Positions 27,101 through 37,626 of a stretch of 64,000 nt of DNA are shown piece by piece (the first letter of the stretch is position 1; each line of letters starts with the position of its first letter). The position numbers and the translations under genes are program-made. The stretch is from Macrostomum hystrix. Taxonomy: Eukaryota; Animalia; Platyhelminthes. Under the pieces are notes generated by a model, which was given only the letters and a program-made list of their open reading frames with translations, did no database searches and had not been told where the DNA came from. The stretch spans positions 25,792,001 to 25,856,000 of the forward strand of contig CATNEN010000038.1 of NCBI GenBank assembly GCA_950097015.1, in the 5' to 3' direction.

Positions 27101-28057
27101 TTATGGTACTGAGATTGATAAGGTTATGGTACTGAGATTGATAAGGTTTGGTACTGAGATTGATATGGTTTGGTACTGAGATTGATATGGTTTGGTACTG
27201 GGATTGATAAGGTTTGGTACTAGAGATTGATAAGGTTTGGTAATGGAGTTTGATAAGGTTTAGTACTGGAGATTGATAAGGTTATGGTACTGAGATTGAT
27301 AAGGTTATGGTACTGAGATTGATAAGGTTATGGTACTGAGATTGATAAGGTTTGGTACTGAGATTGATAAGGTTATGGTACTGAGATTGATAAGGTTATG
27401 GTACTGAGATTGATAAGGTTTGGTACTGAGATTGATAAGGTTTGGTACTGGGATTGATATGGTTTGGTACTGGGATTGATAAGGTTTGGTACTGAGATTG
27501 ATATGGTTTGGTACTGAGATTGATAAGGTTTGGTAATGGAGTTTGATAAGGTTTAGTACTGGAGATTGATAAGGTTATGGTACTGAGATTGATAAGGTTA
27601 TGGTACTGAGATTGATAAGGTTATGGTACTGAGATTGATAAGGTTTGGTACTGAGATTGATATGGTTTGGTACTGGGATTGATAAGGTTTGGTACTGAGA
27701 TTGATATGGTTTGGTACTGGGATTGATAAGGTTTGGTACTGGGATTGATAAGGTTTGGTACTTAGTGAAGTGGACCCATTCCCAGGCCGCCTGCCCGAGC
27801 CCACTGTCCGGCTAAGCGACGCTGACCTGGCCGAGGCCGTTCGCTCCAGCGCCAACCTGGTAGCCGTGACCGGAGCTCCGCCTGGCCAGCTGTGGTTCGC
27901 CGGTAGGTCGAGCGCCACAAAGCCAACCTCAGTGTACGTTGTCGTTGATCGGGGCAACGCTAATCTATTGCGTGTGCACTGCGAACAGATGACACTAGGC
28001 AGTGTGCTGCATAGAGATCTGTGCAGCGGTATTGTGGCCGCCGCTACTAAAAAATAA
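18106..28057 (+). CDS. AP3B1: AP-3 complex subunit beta, 6 exons: 18106-18911, 19518-19929, 22940-23323, 24424-25434, 26125-26488, 27786-28057; 1082 aa
   Basis: Adaptin N-terminal motifs ([61 protein letters not shown]), [25 protein letters not shown], an acidic D/E/S hinge, clathrin-box-like SLLDF and an ear domain. GT-AG introns, phases consistent, total 3249 nt. AP3B1 and AP3B2 are not distinguishable (probably a single invertebrate ortholog). Confidence 0.93.
18955..19430. repeat. 21-bp minisatellite (CTCAATCTCACCTGTCTGTTT)n, AP3B intron 1
   Basis: Degenerate tandem repeat. Confidence 0.9.
20064..22840. repeat. 21-bp minisatellite (GGATCCCATCCTCAATATCCA)n, AP3B intron 2
   Basis: About 130 units, with an internal 985-bp block duplication. 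Confidence 0.97.
23409..24361. repeat. 32-bp minisatellite (GTTACTGAAATTCTCTCAAATCCTCAAGTTTT)n, AP3B intron 3
   Basis: About 30 near-perfect units; a CCACC variant block in the 3' part. Confidence 0.97.
25482..26050. repeat. 29-33-bp minisatellite (CAGATCCTCAGATTATCCTGTCTTCTTCC)n, AP3B intron 4
   Basis: Tandem repeat with a 4-bp length variant. Confidence 0.92.
26491..27760. repeat. 22-23-bp minisatellite (GAGATTGATAAGGTTTGGTACT)n, AP3B intron 5
   Basis: Tandem repeat running from just after the donor to about 25 nt before the acceptor. Confidence 0.95.
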
Positions 28058-28979
28058 CCCACTGTTTTGTTTTTTTATCCTACCTTAAGTAGCATTGTGG
28101 GTGTTTTCTATTAATTATTTTGCGTCGTCTAAAACAAGCTTGGACAGCCAAACAATTCCTACTGTTAACCACAAATCATTTTTGTTATATTCGGGTTTAA
28201 AAATTATGTTTTGTGTAATTTTATTTTCTCCCTACTGTAAGTAGACTAATTCGCATTCTTTATAGATATTTTTATTGAGTATAGATAACGTTGATTGTGT
28301 ACAAATCATATTTTGTTTGTTTTCGTTCATTTTTTGTGTTATTTTTAATGGACCATGATTTTTAACTGACTAGAATTGAATAGTACAAAATCAGTTTATG
28401 TTTCATATTATTTTATTAATATTTCCTTCACATTCTTTGTTGTCAGTTTCTTTATATTGGTGCTGTTCTTTGTGTTACAATTGCGTTGCTCCATAGTTTG
28501 GTGTTTTAGTTAGTTAATAGATCTTCTAAATTATTACATTACTTAAGTCGTATATATTGCAATTTTAGTCTTGATTTATTCTGGGTGTCGGTGATTTGTT
28601 GTTTAATTTTCCTGTTATATAACGATCGATATATATTTGTGAAGTGATTTATTGTAAATTGATTCAGTTAAAAGTCAATTTGTCTTCTTTGTACATCAAA
28701 GTTTAATCATCTATTGGTGTTGTTTTATTGCATAATAAGCACATGTACTATGATATCTTATCGTATAAGTAGTTTTCGGAATTGTTGTCAATTTTACTAA
28801 TATGTTTAATCAATGTTTTTACTAGTAAATTCCTGTGTGCCTTTTATTTCTTTGAAATCTAATCGTTGATAAAAGTAATTAGATTAATTCGGAATTAGCT
28901 CCCTTAAATTTAGATGCATTATCTAAATCACTTAGTCCGTCAGATTTTACCAGATTTTTTACCGGTAAAGTCGTTATGC

Positions 28980-29488
28980 AACAGGTGATCCAGTTGCCTA
29001 ACAAGGATTTAGAACCCGTGTCTAACAGGTGACCCAGTTATCTAACATAAAGAACTCTTGTCTAACAGGTGACCCAGTTATCTAACATAAAGAACCCGTG
29101 TCTAACAGGTGACCCAGTTATCTAACATAAAGAACCCGTGTCTAACAGGTGACCCAGTTATCTAACATAAAGAACCCGTGTCTAACAGGTGACCCAGTTA
29201 TCTAACATAAAGAACCCGTGTCTAACAGGTGACCCAGTTATCTAACATAAAGAACCCTTGTCTAACAGGTGACCCAGTTATCTAACATAAAGAACCCTTG
29301 TCTAACAGGTGACCCAGTTATCTAACATAAAGAACCCTTGTCTAACAGGTGACCCAGTTATCTAACATAAAGAACTCTTGTCTAACAGGTGACCCAGTTA
29401 TCTAACATAAAGAACCCTTGTCTAACAGTTGACTCAGTTATCTAACAAAAAAAATCCGTGTCTAACAGGTGACCCAGTTATCTAACAT
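28980..29488. repeat. 40-bp (2 x 20) minisatellite TCTAACAGGTGACCCAGTTA-TCTAACATAAAGAACCCGTG
   Basis: About 12 dimeric units. Confidence 0.95.
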
Positions 29489-30297
29489 ATATTGCCATAA
29501 GCCAAGTACAGCCACTTAGTTACCAAAACGATCCATGTTTTTAAATAAGTCTTTGTTTCTGTATCTATCGTGTGTTTTAGTCTGTTAATCCGTGCGTCTT
29601 TGGTTGAAAATTCGGTTTTGGTCACTGTTTAATTTCAGTTACTTTTTTAATAATCAGCATATTACAGTACCGTATTATCTAATAGTTGTGTCTCCATTAC
29701 AAATTCTTATTTTGTATGCCGTTTTTCTTGAGTAGTATGTGACGAAAAAAACTGATTTTCTCATTTTCGTTTTAACATAACATTCAATCAAATTTAAACT
29801 TCTCTGTTGATCAGTTCTTATTTGTGATAATCATGTTACCAGCGATCAAATGATTCCGTTAAACATTTTTCTTTATTTATCAAATGATTGTTGCGCCCTC
29901 TACTTTAATGCTATTAAATTATCTGATTTGGCATGCGCAGCAATATAAATCATAGTTATACTCGTATTTATGAAGCATATTTTATGATCTGTTGTAATTC
30001 AATTTCAAAGTCAGATTCACAATAAAATTATGATATAATGCAATAATTATCAACAATTTGTGTCTAATTGATGCAGAAAAGAACTTGTCTTCTTCCGTAG
30101 CGCAAATGAAATTACATATTTAAAGCTTCAATATGACACTATGCTATAAACGATTAATAAAATATAGATTGACCTTATGCGATTACACAACTATTGGAAA
30201 CAATTGACAATTTTAATGTGCATCTCATTTGTTTCATTCGCTCAGCTTCCCTCTCTCCCTTCATCATCCTACCCCCTTCATCAGCTTTCCTCTGATG

Positions 30298-30520
30298 GGG
30301 TAGAGGGGAGAAGTAGGGGTAGAGGGGAGAAGTAGGCAGTAGAGGGGAGAAGTAGGCAGTAGAGGGGAGAAGTAGGCAGTAGAGGGGAGAAGTAGGGAGT
30401 AGAGGGGAGAAGTAGGGAGTAGAGGGGAGAAGTAGGGAGTAGAGGGGAGAAGTAGGGAGTAGAGGGGTGAAGTAGGGAGTAGAGGGGTGAAGTAGGGAGT
30501 AGAGGGGGAGAAGTATAGGG
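30298..30520. repeat. 20-bp purine-rich minisatellite (AGAGGGGAGAAGTAGGGAGT)n
   Basis: About 11 units, G-tract rich. Confidence 0.92.
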
Positions 30521-30792
30521 TAAAGGGCGGGGTTAAAGGTTTTGGGGGAGAAGTATATGTATAGGATAGGAAGTGTTAGGGCTGTCAGATGGCTGACGAA
30601 TTAATCTGATTAAGAACTCATATTTCAATCTTTCATTTAAGGCTGTAAATCATTTTTATTAACTGCTTGCATTAAGCTAGCTCGGCTCTAAAAAGCCAGC
30701 ATTTTTTGCTGAGAAAAAATCTCAGTTACATCATTGTTTAATCAGCACGCTTGATTAAACATGACAGACTAAATTCAGCATCAGTTTTAGCA

Positions 30793-31876
30793 TCAGTTCC
30801 GCTTGAGATGCTCTAGCAAGTCAATTGGCTTTCTAAGCAGGTCCCTCTTGTGAGCGGCTAGCAGGAACTGGTAGGCCCAGCCAATACCGACGCAGCAGGC
30901 AAGAGCTAGGCCATAGACTATGGTGTACAACAGCCAGGATGGCAAAAGCGAGTGAAAAAGGCCGTCTAGTGCTGATAAATCGAGCAATGCCAAACCGACG
31001 GCGAGGGCCGCCGCGACTAGGATGCATCGGCGAACTAGGCGACCAAAAGCGCCGGATTGTTGACGAATTTCGTCGACGCAGCGACGGGCGCGATCTAACA
31101 GAAGCTCATCGCCCGGATCGTATCTGGCCGCCTCGCGGAATGCCGTCAGGGCATCGGCCGGTTGGCCGCCAGCTAATAGGGCCTCGCCGCGCAGTGCGTG
31201 ACCGCGAGACCAGCGCGGCCTGAGAAGGCAGACGCGATCGGCATCTTCAAGGCTGTGGTACAACTGGTCGAGATGGCGGAGACACTCGGAACGGCCTGAT
31301 GTGATTGGTGGAAAATGTTTAATGTTTTAATCTTTAATGTTAGGATAGGCGACTACAGACTGAAGGGACGGGCTACTACAGACTGAAGGGACGGGCTACT
31401 ACAGAATGAAGGGACGGGCTACTACAGACTGAAGGGACGGGCTACTACAGACTGAAGAGACGGGCTACTACAGACTGAAGGGACGGGCTACTACAGACTG
31501 AAGGGACGGGCTACTACAGACTGAAGGGACGGGCTACTACAGAATGAAGACACGGGCTGCTAAAACATGTACAGAAACGTGTCTCCAGACTCCATAGCTA
31601 TCACTAGCTACTTGTATAAATGTAATAATAAAAGAAAATATGTAGACTTGAAAAAGAAAATTTTTTTATTTTAGACCACAACTAACCAGCATATGCATCA
31701 GGCAGGGATGCAGACTGCTGCACATCTGGTCTGTCAATCACTAATGAGTAAGCCAACATGCCTTCAACATAGAGTTTGTCTCTGAGGTGAGCATCGGCTT
31801 CAGCCAATGGTGTAGATTTGCCTCCAGCTCCTGTAGCTGTTGCTGCTCCCTGACCCTGTTGATTGCCCTGTCTCTT
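30793..31876 (-). CDS. TPR-repeat protein with two C-terminal transmembrane helices; exons 31876-31687 and 31295-30793; start codon not found
   Basis: Spliced frame: KRQGNQQG...AEADAHLRDKLYVEGMLAYSLVI...DAYAG|RSECLRHLDQLYHSLEDADRVCLLRPRWSRGHALRGEALLAGGQPADALTAFREAARYDP (three TPR-like units), then hydrophobic CILVAAALAVGLALL and WLLYTIVYGLALACCVGIGWAY. Phase-1 GT-AG intron 31686-31296. Confidence 0.8.
31350..31560. repeat. 23-bp minisatellite (GACTGAAGGGACGGGCTACTACA)n in the TPR gene intron
   Basis: About 9 units. Confidence 0.92.
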
Positions 31877-32469
31877 CTAAAAGAGGTGGTAATAAAAATT
31901 CAAATGAATGGAGTAATATCATCAACAAATATTTTTTCAGTTTTAAGAATACTTGAAATTTAGCTAGCTTTTTGTATTTTTATTTAATAGACTAGCTATA
32001 ATAAAGTGAAAATATAAAGGGTCTTGAAACATTACCTAGAAGTTATCTTGATAATTGCAAACATCACTCTACCTAAATTTTTATGTAAATGAAAAAATAT
32101 TTAAAGGGTAATGCAACTTTGTTTCAAGGCTATCAATAGTAGGCCTAGCTAATGTTGCATACTACAATAGATTTATACTTAATATAGTAGCTAGCTGTTT
32201 CAAGTCCTATATGTTAAATTTATATTACTGCTTAATGAAGAACTAGAGTTAAGAAAAAATTAAAGATAATGTCAGCAAAATTTTGCGTGATAGCTATTAG
32301 CTTGAATTTACTTAGCCAGGTAGTCAGAAAAATTCAAGTAAACAAACCATGGAAAAAAATTAAGCCTAGCTAGATAAGAGCCCTTAAAATCGATAAATCA
32401 TTCAATTTTATAATGGGAACTCTAGAGCAATAAATATTTTATTGCTACTAATATTATTATTATAACCAA

Positions 32470-32595
32470 TAATATAATATAATAATTGCAGGAGGCTGCG
32501 GGGAAAGGCACATCATTTAGTGACACTAGACCTGCAGCCAGCAAGGAGGCAATTCTGCCTATTTCGCTGACTCCTGAGCACACACGCACACAGAT
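32470..32595 (-). mobile_element. SINE family B, 3' fragment
   Basis: Matches 60661-60775 (TAATTG.AGGAGG..TGCGG...GGCACATCATTT.GTGACACTA...GGAGGCAATTCTG.C.ATTTCGCTGACTCC), with an adjacent AT-rich tail. Confidence 0.8.
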
Positions 32596-34310
32596 ACTGT
32601 ATGCAGGCATGCAGGCATGTATGCAGGCACAATCAAACATATTCAATTTTATCTAATTTAGATCTTTATTTCCTGATTTTCTACTGTCAATGATTACTCT
32701 AGCCAAAAAAATTCAGGCGCCATATTTAAATTATCATTATTATTATTGGTTATTATTCTTCTTACTGTTATCAATAAACTATTAAAAGAAACATATTTTT
32801 GTTTATTGTAAATCAGAATCAGGCAGTTGAAAATCAGATTTAAGAAGGGCAGAACTTTGTTTTTTAGCAATATAGACGTAGTTTCTTTTAGCATAGCAAT
32901 AAAAAATAAAATTCACAGCACAATCAAACATATTCAATTTTATCTAAACAACTTTTTATTCTTAGATTATTTCATGTGCACGATGTACATCTTGTAGTGG
33001 TTGGAAGTTGGAACATGTTACATGGGACCGTAATCTAGTTTTCTTAGAATATCCAGAATGCAAATATCCGCCGAAATATGCGAAAAAGCAAACTAACGCC
33101 TTTTTAGAACAAAGAACTACTATAATACCAAAATAAAATTTTATTTTTAGTGAATATCTGCTTAATTTGCAAAAATGTAGTACTGAATGTGCTATAAAAG
33201 CTTGAAGTTTTTACTTTAATACAATGCAACATGCAATTACAACAATACGAGCTATATTTATTTCAATTGGCATATCTGCTTAAGTTTTTTTGTTTGAGTT
33301 TAGTTACTTAGGTCTAATTTTATATACAACAGCAGATTAATCATAATTCTCTAAATATAGATATAAACACGCATCATAAAATCTAAACAGAGTATGAATT
33401 ATTAGATTGTAATAACAGCAATTCGCTGTCCGCAAAACTCTTAACTCATGCATTATACACGTTCGAAATGTGATTAATTAAATCATATTTCGGTATGTTG
33501 TATGCGCAAATAAGTTTTAAAAATAAACACAGTACATGCAACGTATCTTATTTATCGCTTATTAACGTGCACATATGTACTGCAGTATATATATCTCGTA
33601 TTACATTTTTGTCGGAGGCATAAAAGTTCTGAGAAATAACAATACGAGCCATCGTAGCTTTTATCTCTTAGCACATTCTCTACACGCTTGTACGTGTGCT
33701 TCCTAAATGAGAAGAATTCCTATGCTTGTCGATGCATAATTTATAATTAATTACAACTAAATCTCAGTCGTGCAATCTAGCGAGACAGACTTTTCTAGCG
33801 TACCTTGTATGTATATATATTATTATCTGTGAGCTAAAAATAGCTAGAAATTCTTGTGTAATGTGACCATGTAAATCGAGTGTGCAAATGACCTAGACTA
33901 TTATGCACTTAATTCATTTACGCTCACTATGCGGTTGTCTCCGCAACAATTCATGGACTCGGAAATTCCAGTGAAAACCCAAGGAAAAATTTCGCAACTA
34001 ATTCTTCGTTCAATTGTCAAAAAATTGCAGGCCAATAGGAGGGATTAGATGCAGAATGACCGCAAAAGTCTAATAGAGGGTTAGTAGACCTGTTAAACAC
34101 AACTCTAGTCTGTCATATTAGAAACACTACAATACGAAATTGGAGTTTCCAATGACGGGAAAGTCCAGGAAGCATTGGATGATGTATATATATAGCTGCT
34201 AATTATAAATTCTGTGTAAATTCATTCAAATTTTAAAGCAACTGAATGTTAAAAAGTTTACAAATTGCGCTATCAGTTAAGTAAATTTAATAATCAATTA
34301 GAATATAGAA

Positions 34311-36698
34311 ATGGCGAGACACTACAACCGAAACATGATTCTGATGCTACTCCTGTTTATACAGTTAGCACTATCAGCAGAAGCTATACCAGCAGCTAAA
34401 CTGTCTAACAAGCAACAAGCACGAATCTGCACCATCTGGCACAGAGAACACATCAGCTGGGGTACTCTAGACGTTAATGAGGCCAAATACCAGACTAGCG
34501 TAATTGTCAAATATCTGAGCGACTCTCTGGACCTACTAGCTAATTACGACTCAAAAGTGTTGAAGCATCGGCTGCGCAACAAATCGATGTACACCAGTCG
34601 TTCAAGGTACGCGCCTGGCAGGTTCGGCTTCAAGAAATCCGCAGCAGTAACGGCGCAGGCGTCGTCGAAGATTCTGGGAGTCGAGCTGGATCCAGTCTAC
34701 TTGGCCTCGGAGATGTTTCACAATGCCGCAACTGCCGCCTTCCTAATGGAACGACTGCTGAATGAAGAAGTCATGTTCGAAGTGCCATTAGGGTGAGAGC
34801 TCAATTGGGCAAGTTGATGGAAGATTTTTTCTTATAGACAACCATATAATCTTCTAATTTATTTTGTCTCAAGGATTAAATCAAGACTCACGGGTTGATT
34901 ACAGCTCGAGAGATCCTCTCAATTCACCACCTCGGTCTCATCTCTCCCATGTCTCATCTCTCCCGTGTCTCATCTCTCCCATGTCTCATCTCTCCCGTGT
35001 CTCATCTCTCCAATGTCTCATTTCTCCCGTGTTTCATCTCTCCCATGTCTTATCTCTCCCGTGTCTCATCTCTCCCGTGCCTCATCTCTCCCATGTATCA
35101 TTTCTCCCGTGTCTCATCTCTCCCGTGCCTCATCTCTCCCGTGCCTCATCTCTCCCGTGTCTCATCTCTCCGTGTCTCATCTCTCCGTGTCTCATTTCTC
35201 CCGTGTTTCATCTCTCGCATGTCTCATCTCTCCCGTGTCTCATCTCTCCCGTGCCTCATCTCTCCCGTGCCTCATCTCTCCCGTGTCTCATCTCTCCCGT
35301 GTCTCATCTCTCCCGTGCCTCATCTCTCCCGTGTCTCATTTCTCCCGTCTCTCATCTCTCCGTGCCTCATCTCTCCCGTGTCTCATCTCTCCCGTGTCTC
35401 ATTTCTCCCGTGTCTCATCTCTCCCGTGTCTCATCTCTCCCGTCTCTCATCTCTCCCGTGTCTCATCTCTCCGTGTCTCATTTCTCCCGTGTCTCATCTC
35501 TCCCGTGCCTCATCTCTCCCGTGCCTCATCTCTCCCGTGTCTTATCTCTCCCGTGTCTCATCTCTCCCGTGACTCATCTCTCCCGTGCCTCATCTCTCCC
35601 GTGTCTCATCTCTCCCGTGCCTCATCTCTCCCGTGTCTCATCTCTCCCGTGCCTCATCTCTCCCGTGCCTCATCTCTCCCGTGTCTCATTTCTCCCGTGT
35701 CTCATCTCTCCCGTGTCTTATCTCTCCCGTGTCTTATCTCTCCCGTGTCTCATCTCTCCCGTGTCTCATCTCTCCCGTGTCTCATCTCTCCCGTGCCTCA
35801 TCTCTCCCGTGTCTCATCTCTCCCGTGCCTCATCTCTCCCGTGTCTCATCTCTCCCGTGCCTCATCTCTCCCGTGCCTCATCTCTCCCGTGTCTCATTTC
35901 TCCCGTGTCTCATCTCTCCCGTGTCTCATTTCTCCCGTGCCTCATCTCTCCCGTGTCTCATTTCTCCCGTGTCTCATCTCTCCCGTCTCTCATCTCTCCC
36001 GTCTCTCATCTCTCCGAGCCTCATCTCTCCCGTGTCTCATCTCTCCCCGTGTCTCATCTCTCCCGTGTCTCAACTCTCCCGTGTCTCATCTCTCCCGTGT
36101 CTGATCTCTTGCTTGACTCATTTTCCAGTTTTCGTATCTCTTCCGAGTCTTATCCAACCCGTGTACCATCTTTCCTGTTCTCATCTCACGTATTTTATCT
36201 CTTTCGTACGTGACACTAATTTTAGTCGCGTATCTCACAAATTTAGCGTCTCTTCCTATCTCATATCTTCCTTTGTCATATCTGTCTTGTATTTGAGATC
36301 TCTCCTGCACGCGAGATAATAAACTGTCAATATTTGCCATGTCTCACATTTTATCGTTGTCTAGTCTCAGCAATTTTTTCTATCTCTGACCGAGACCCAT
36401 AATTATTAACCCGACCCTCAGAAGCGTGGAGTTCGCCAAGCTGATCGAATTCACCAAAGAGAGCCAGCTATCAGTGATGCACCACCTGCATCACTTTCTG
36501 CACAAACTGGGCCACCGCTTCTCCTGGCTAGACCTAGACAATTACGAGCAACATTTTAACAGAATAATTTCCCTACTGCCACCGGAGAATAGAGAGTTGC
36601 GTTACTTAAGGGACTATTTAATCTCTAGCATTGTGTCGGAGTCGGTATCGCATAGTCTGGCTGTCATTGAAGTCATTCGCAACTGTCTTCAGGAGTGA
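34311..36698 (+). CDS. Secreted helical protein, 252 aa, candidate four-helix (IL-6/Unpaired-like) cytokine; exons 34311-34792 and 36422-36698
   Basis: Signal peptide MILMLLLFIQLALSAEA. Phase-2 intron (GG|gtgag...ctcag|A) joins two ORFs in frame (759 nt). Amphipathic helices, only two Cys (C40, C249), and RELRYLRDYLI near the C-terminus. The gene model is well supported; the family call is tentative. Confidence 0.75.
34935..36101. repeat. 16-bp minisatellite (CGTGTCTCATCTCTCC)n in the intron of the secreted-protein gene
   Basis: Same unit and strand as 1-690, but more diverged. Confidence 0.96.
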
Positions 36699-37626
36699 CG
36701 CCAAATTATTTATTTGAAGAACACGGCTGGGCTGTAACAACTCTCTAATTCCACTGTGTTGCACTTATTAATTCGAGGAGTGCACTTCTAACTGCAGGCA
36801 AATGTTGTCATATTTTCTCTATTTATTTTTCATATAGCCATATAGAAATTCACTTATCGACTGAAGCAAACATGTAATTAAGTTCACGTGCAAAAAATCG
36901 GATATAGCAGCTCAATTTCTTCCAATGTACGATTTGATATTTATTTGACACAACATTTTGTGCATTTCTTCCGTTTATATCTACTAACTACTTACTTGTA
37001 GTAGTGTTATACACTTTACTCAGCCCAATGAGCCTTGGAAACCTATATTCCTAATGTCCTAATATTATTTCAGTTGCCATTGTTACTTATTCCAGGCTTG
37101 TTTTTTCAGTCGCACTTTTCACAACTCACAGTTTTTTCTTGCAATGCGTCTACAATGTTCAATGCGATTTTCGCAGTCGTTTTAGCTGTAATGCATATTG
37201 ACAATTGTAACGAAAGTTTACTAAATATTTAAACACAAAATTTAACTTGTTGAAGAAAAACAACACCCAGGACAAAGCATAGAAATGTTTAACTTGCATT
37301 TTACAGGTCGGAGTACACAACAAAATAAGAAACCTTTCTATAGGATAACATTAACAATTTTTACTGATCTTCTAAAACGGGGGGTCAAGGGGGTTAAGAC
37401 CCTACCTTAATTGTAGGCCAGAAATCGAAAGATTAAAAAATAAAAGAACAAACTAAAATTTTGTTCTTTTTCTCGAAAAGAGAAATCACGAGACTGCTTC
37501 GTATTGAATCTTTACAATCTCCATAGTTACTACAATAATAGCTCATCTGGTGTCTCATCTAATATTCTGGGATGAACAAAAATTATTGACAGGTACACTC
37601 GTCACTGAATCCTCGAATTTGGGATG

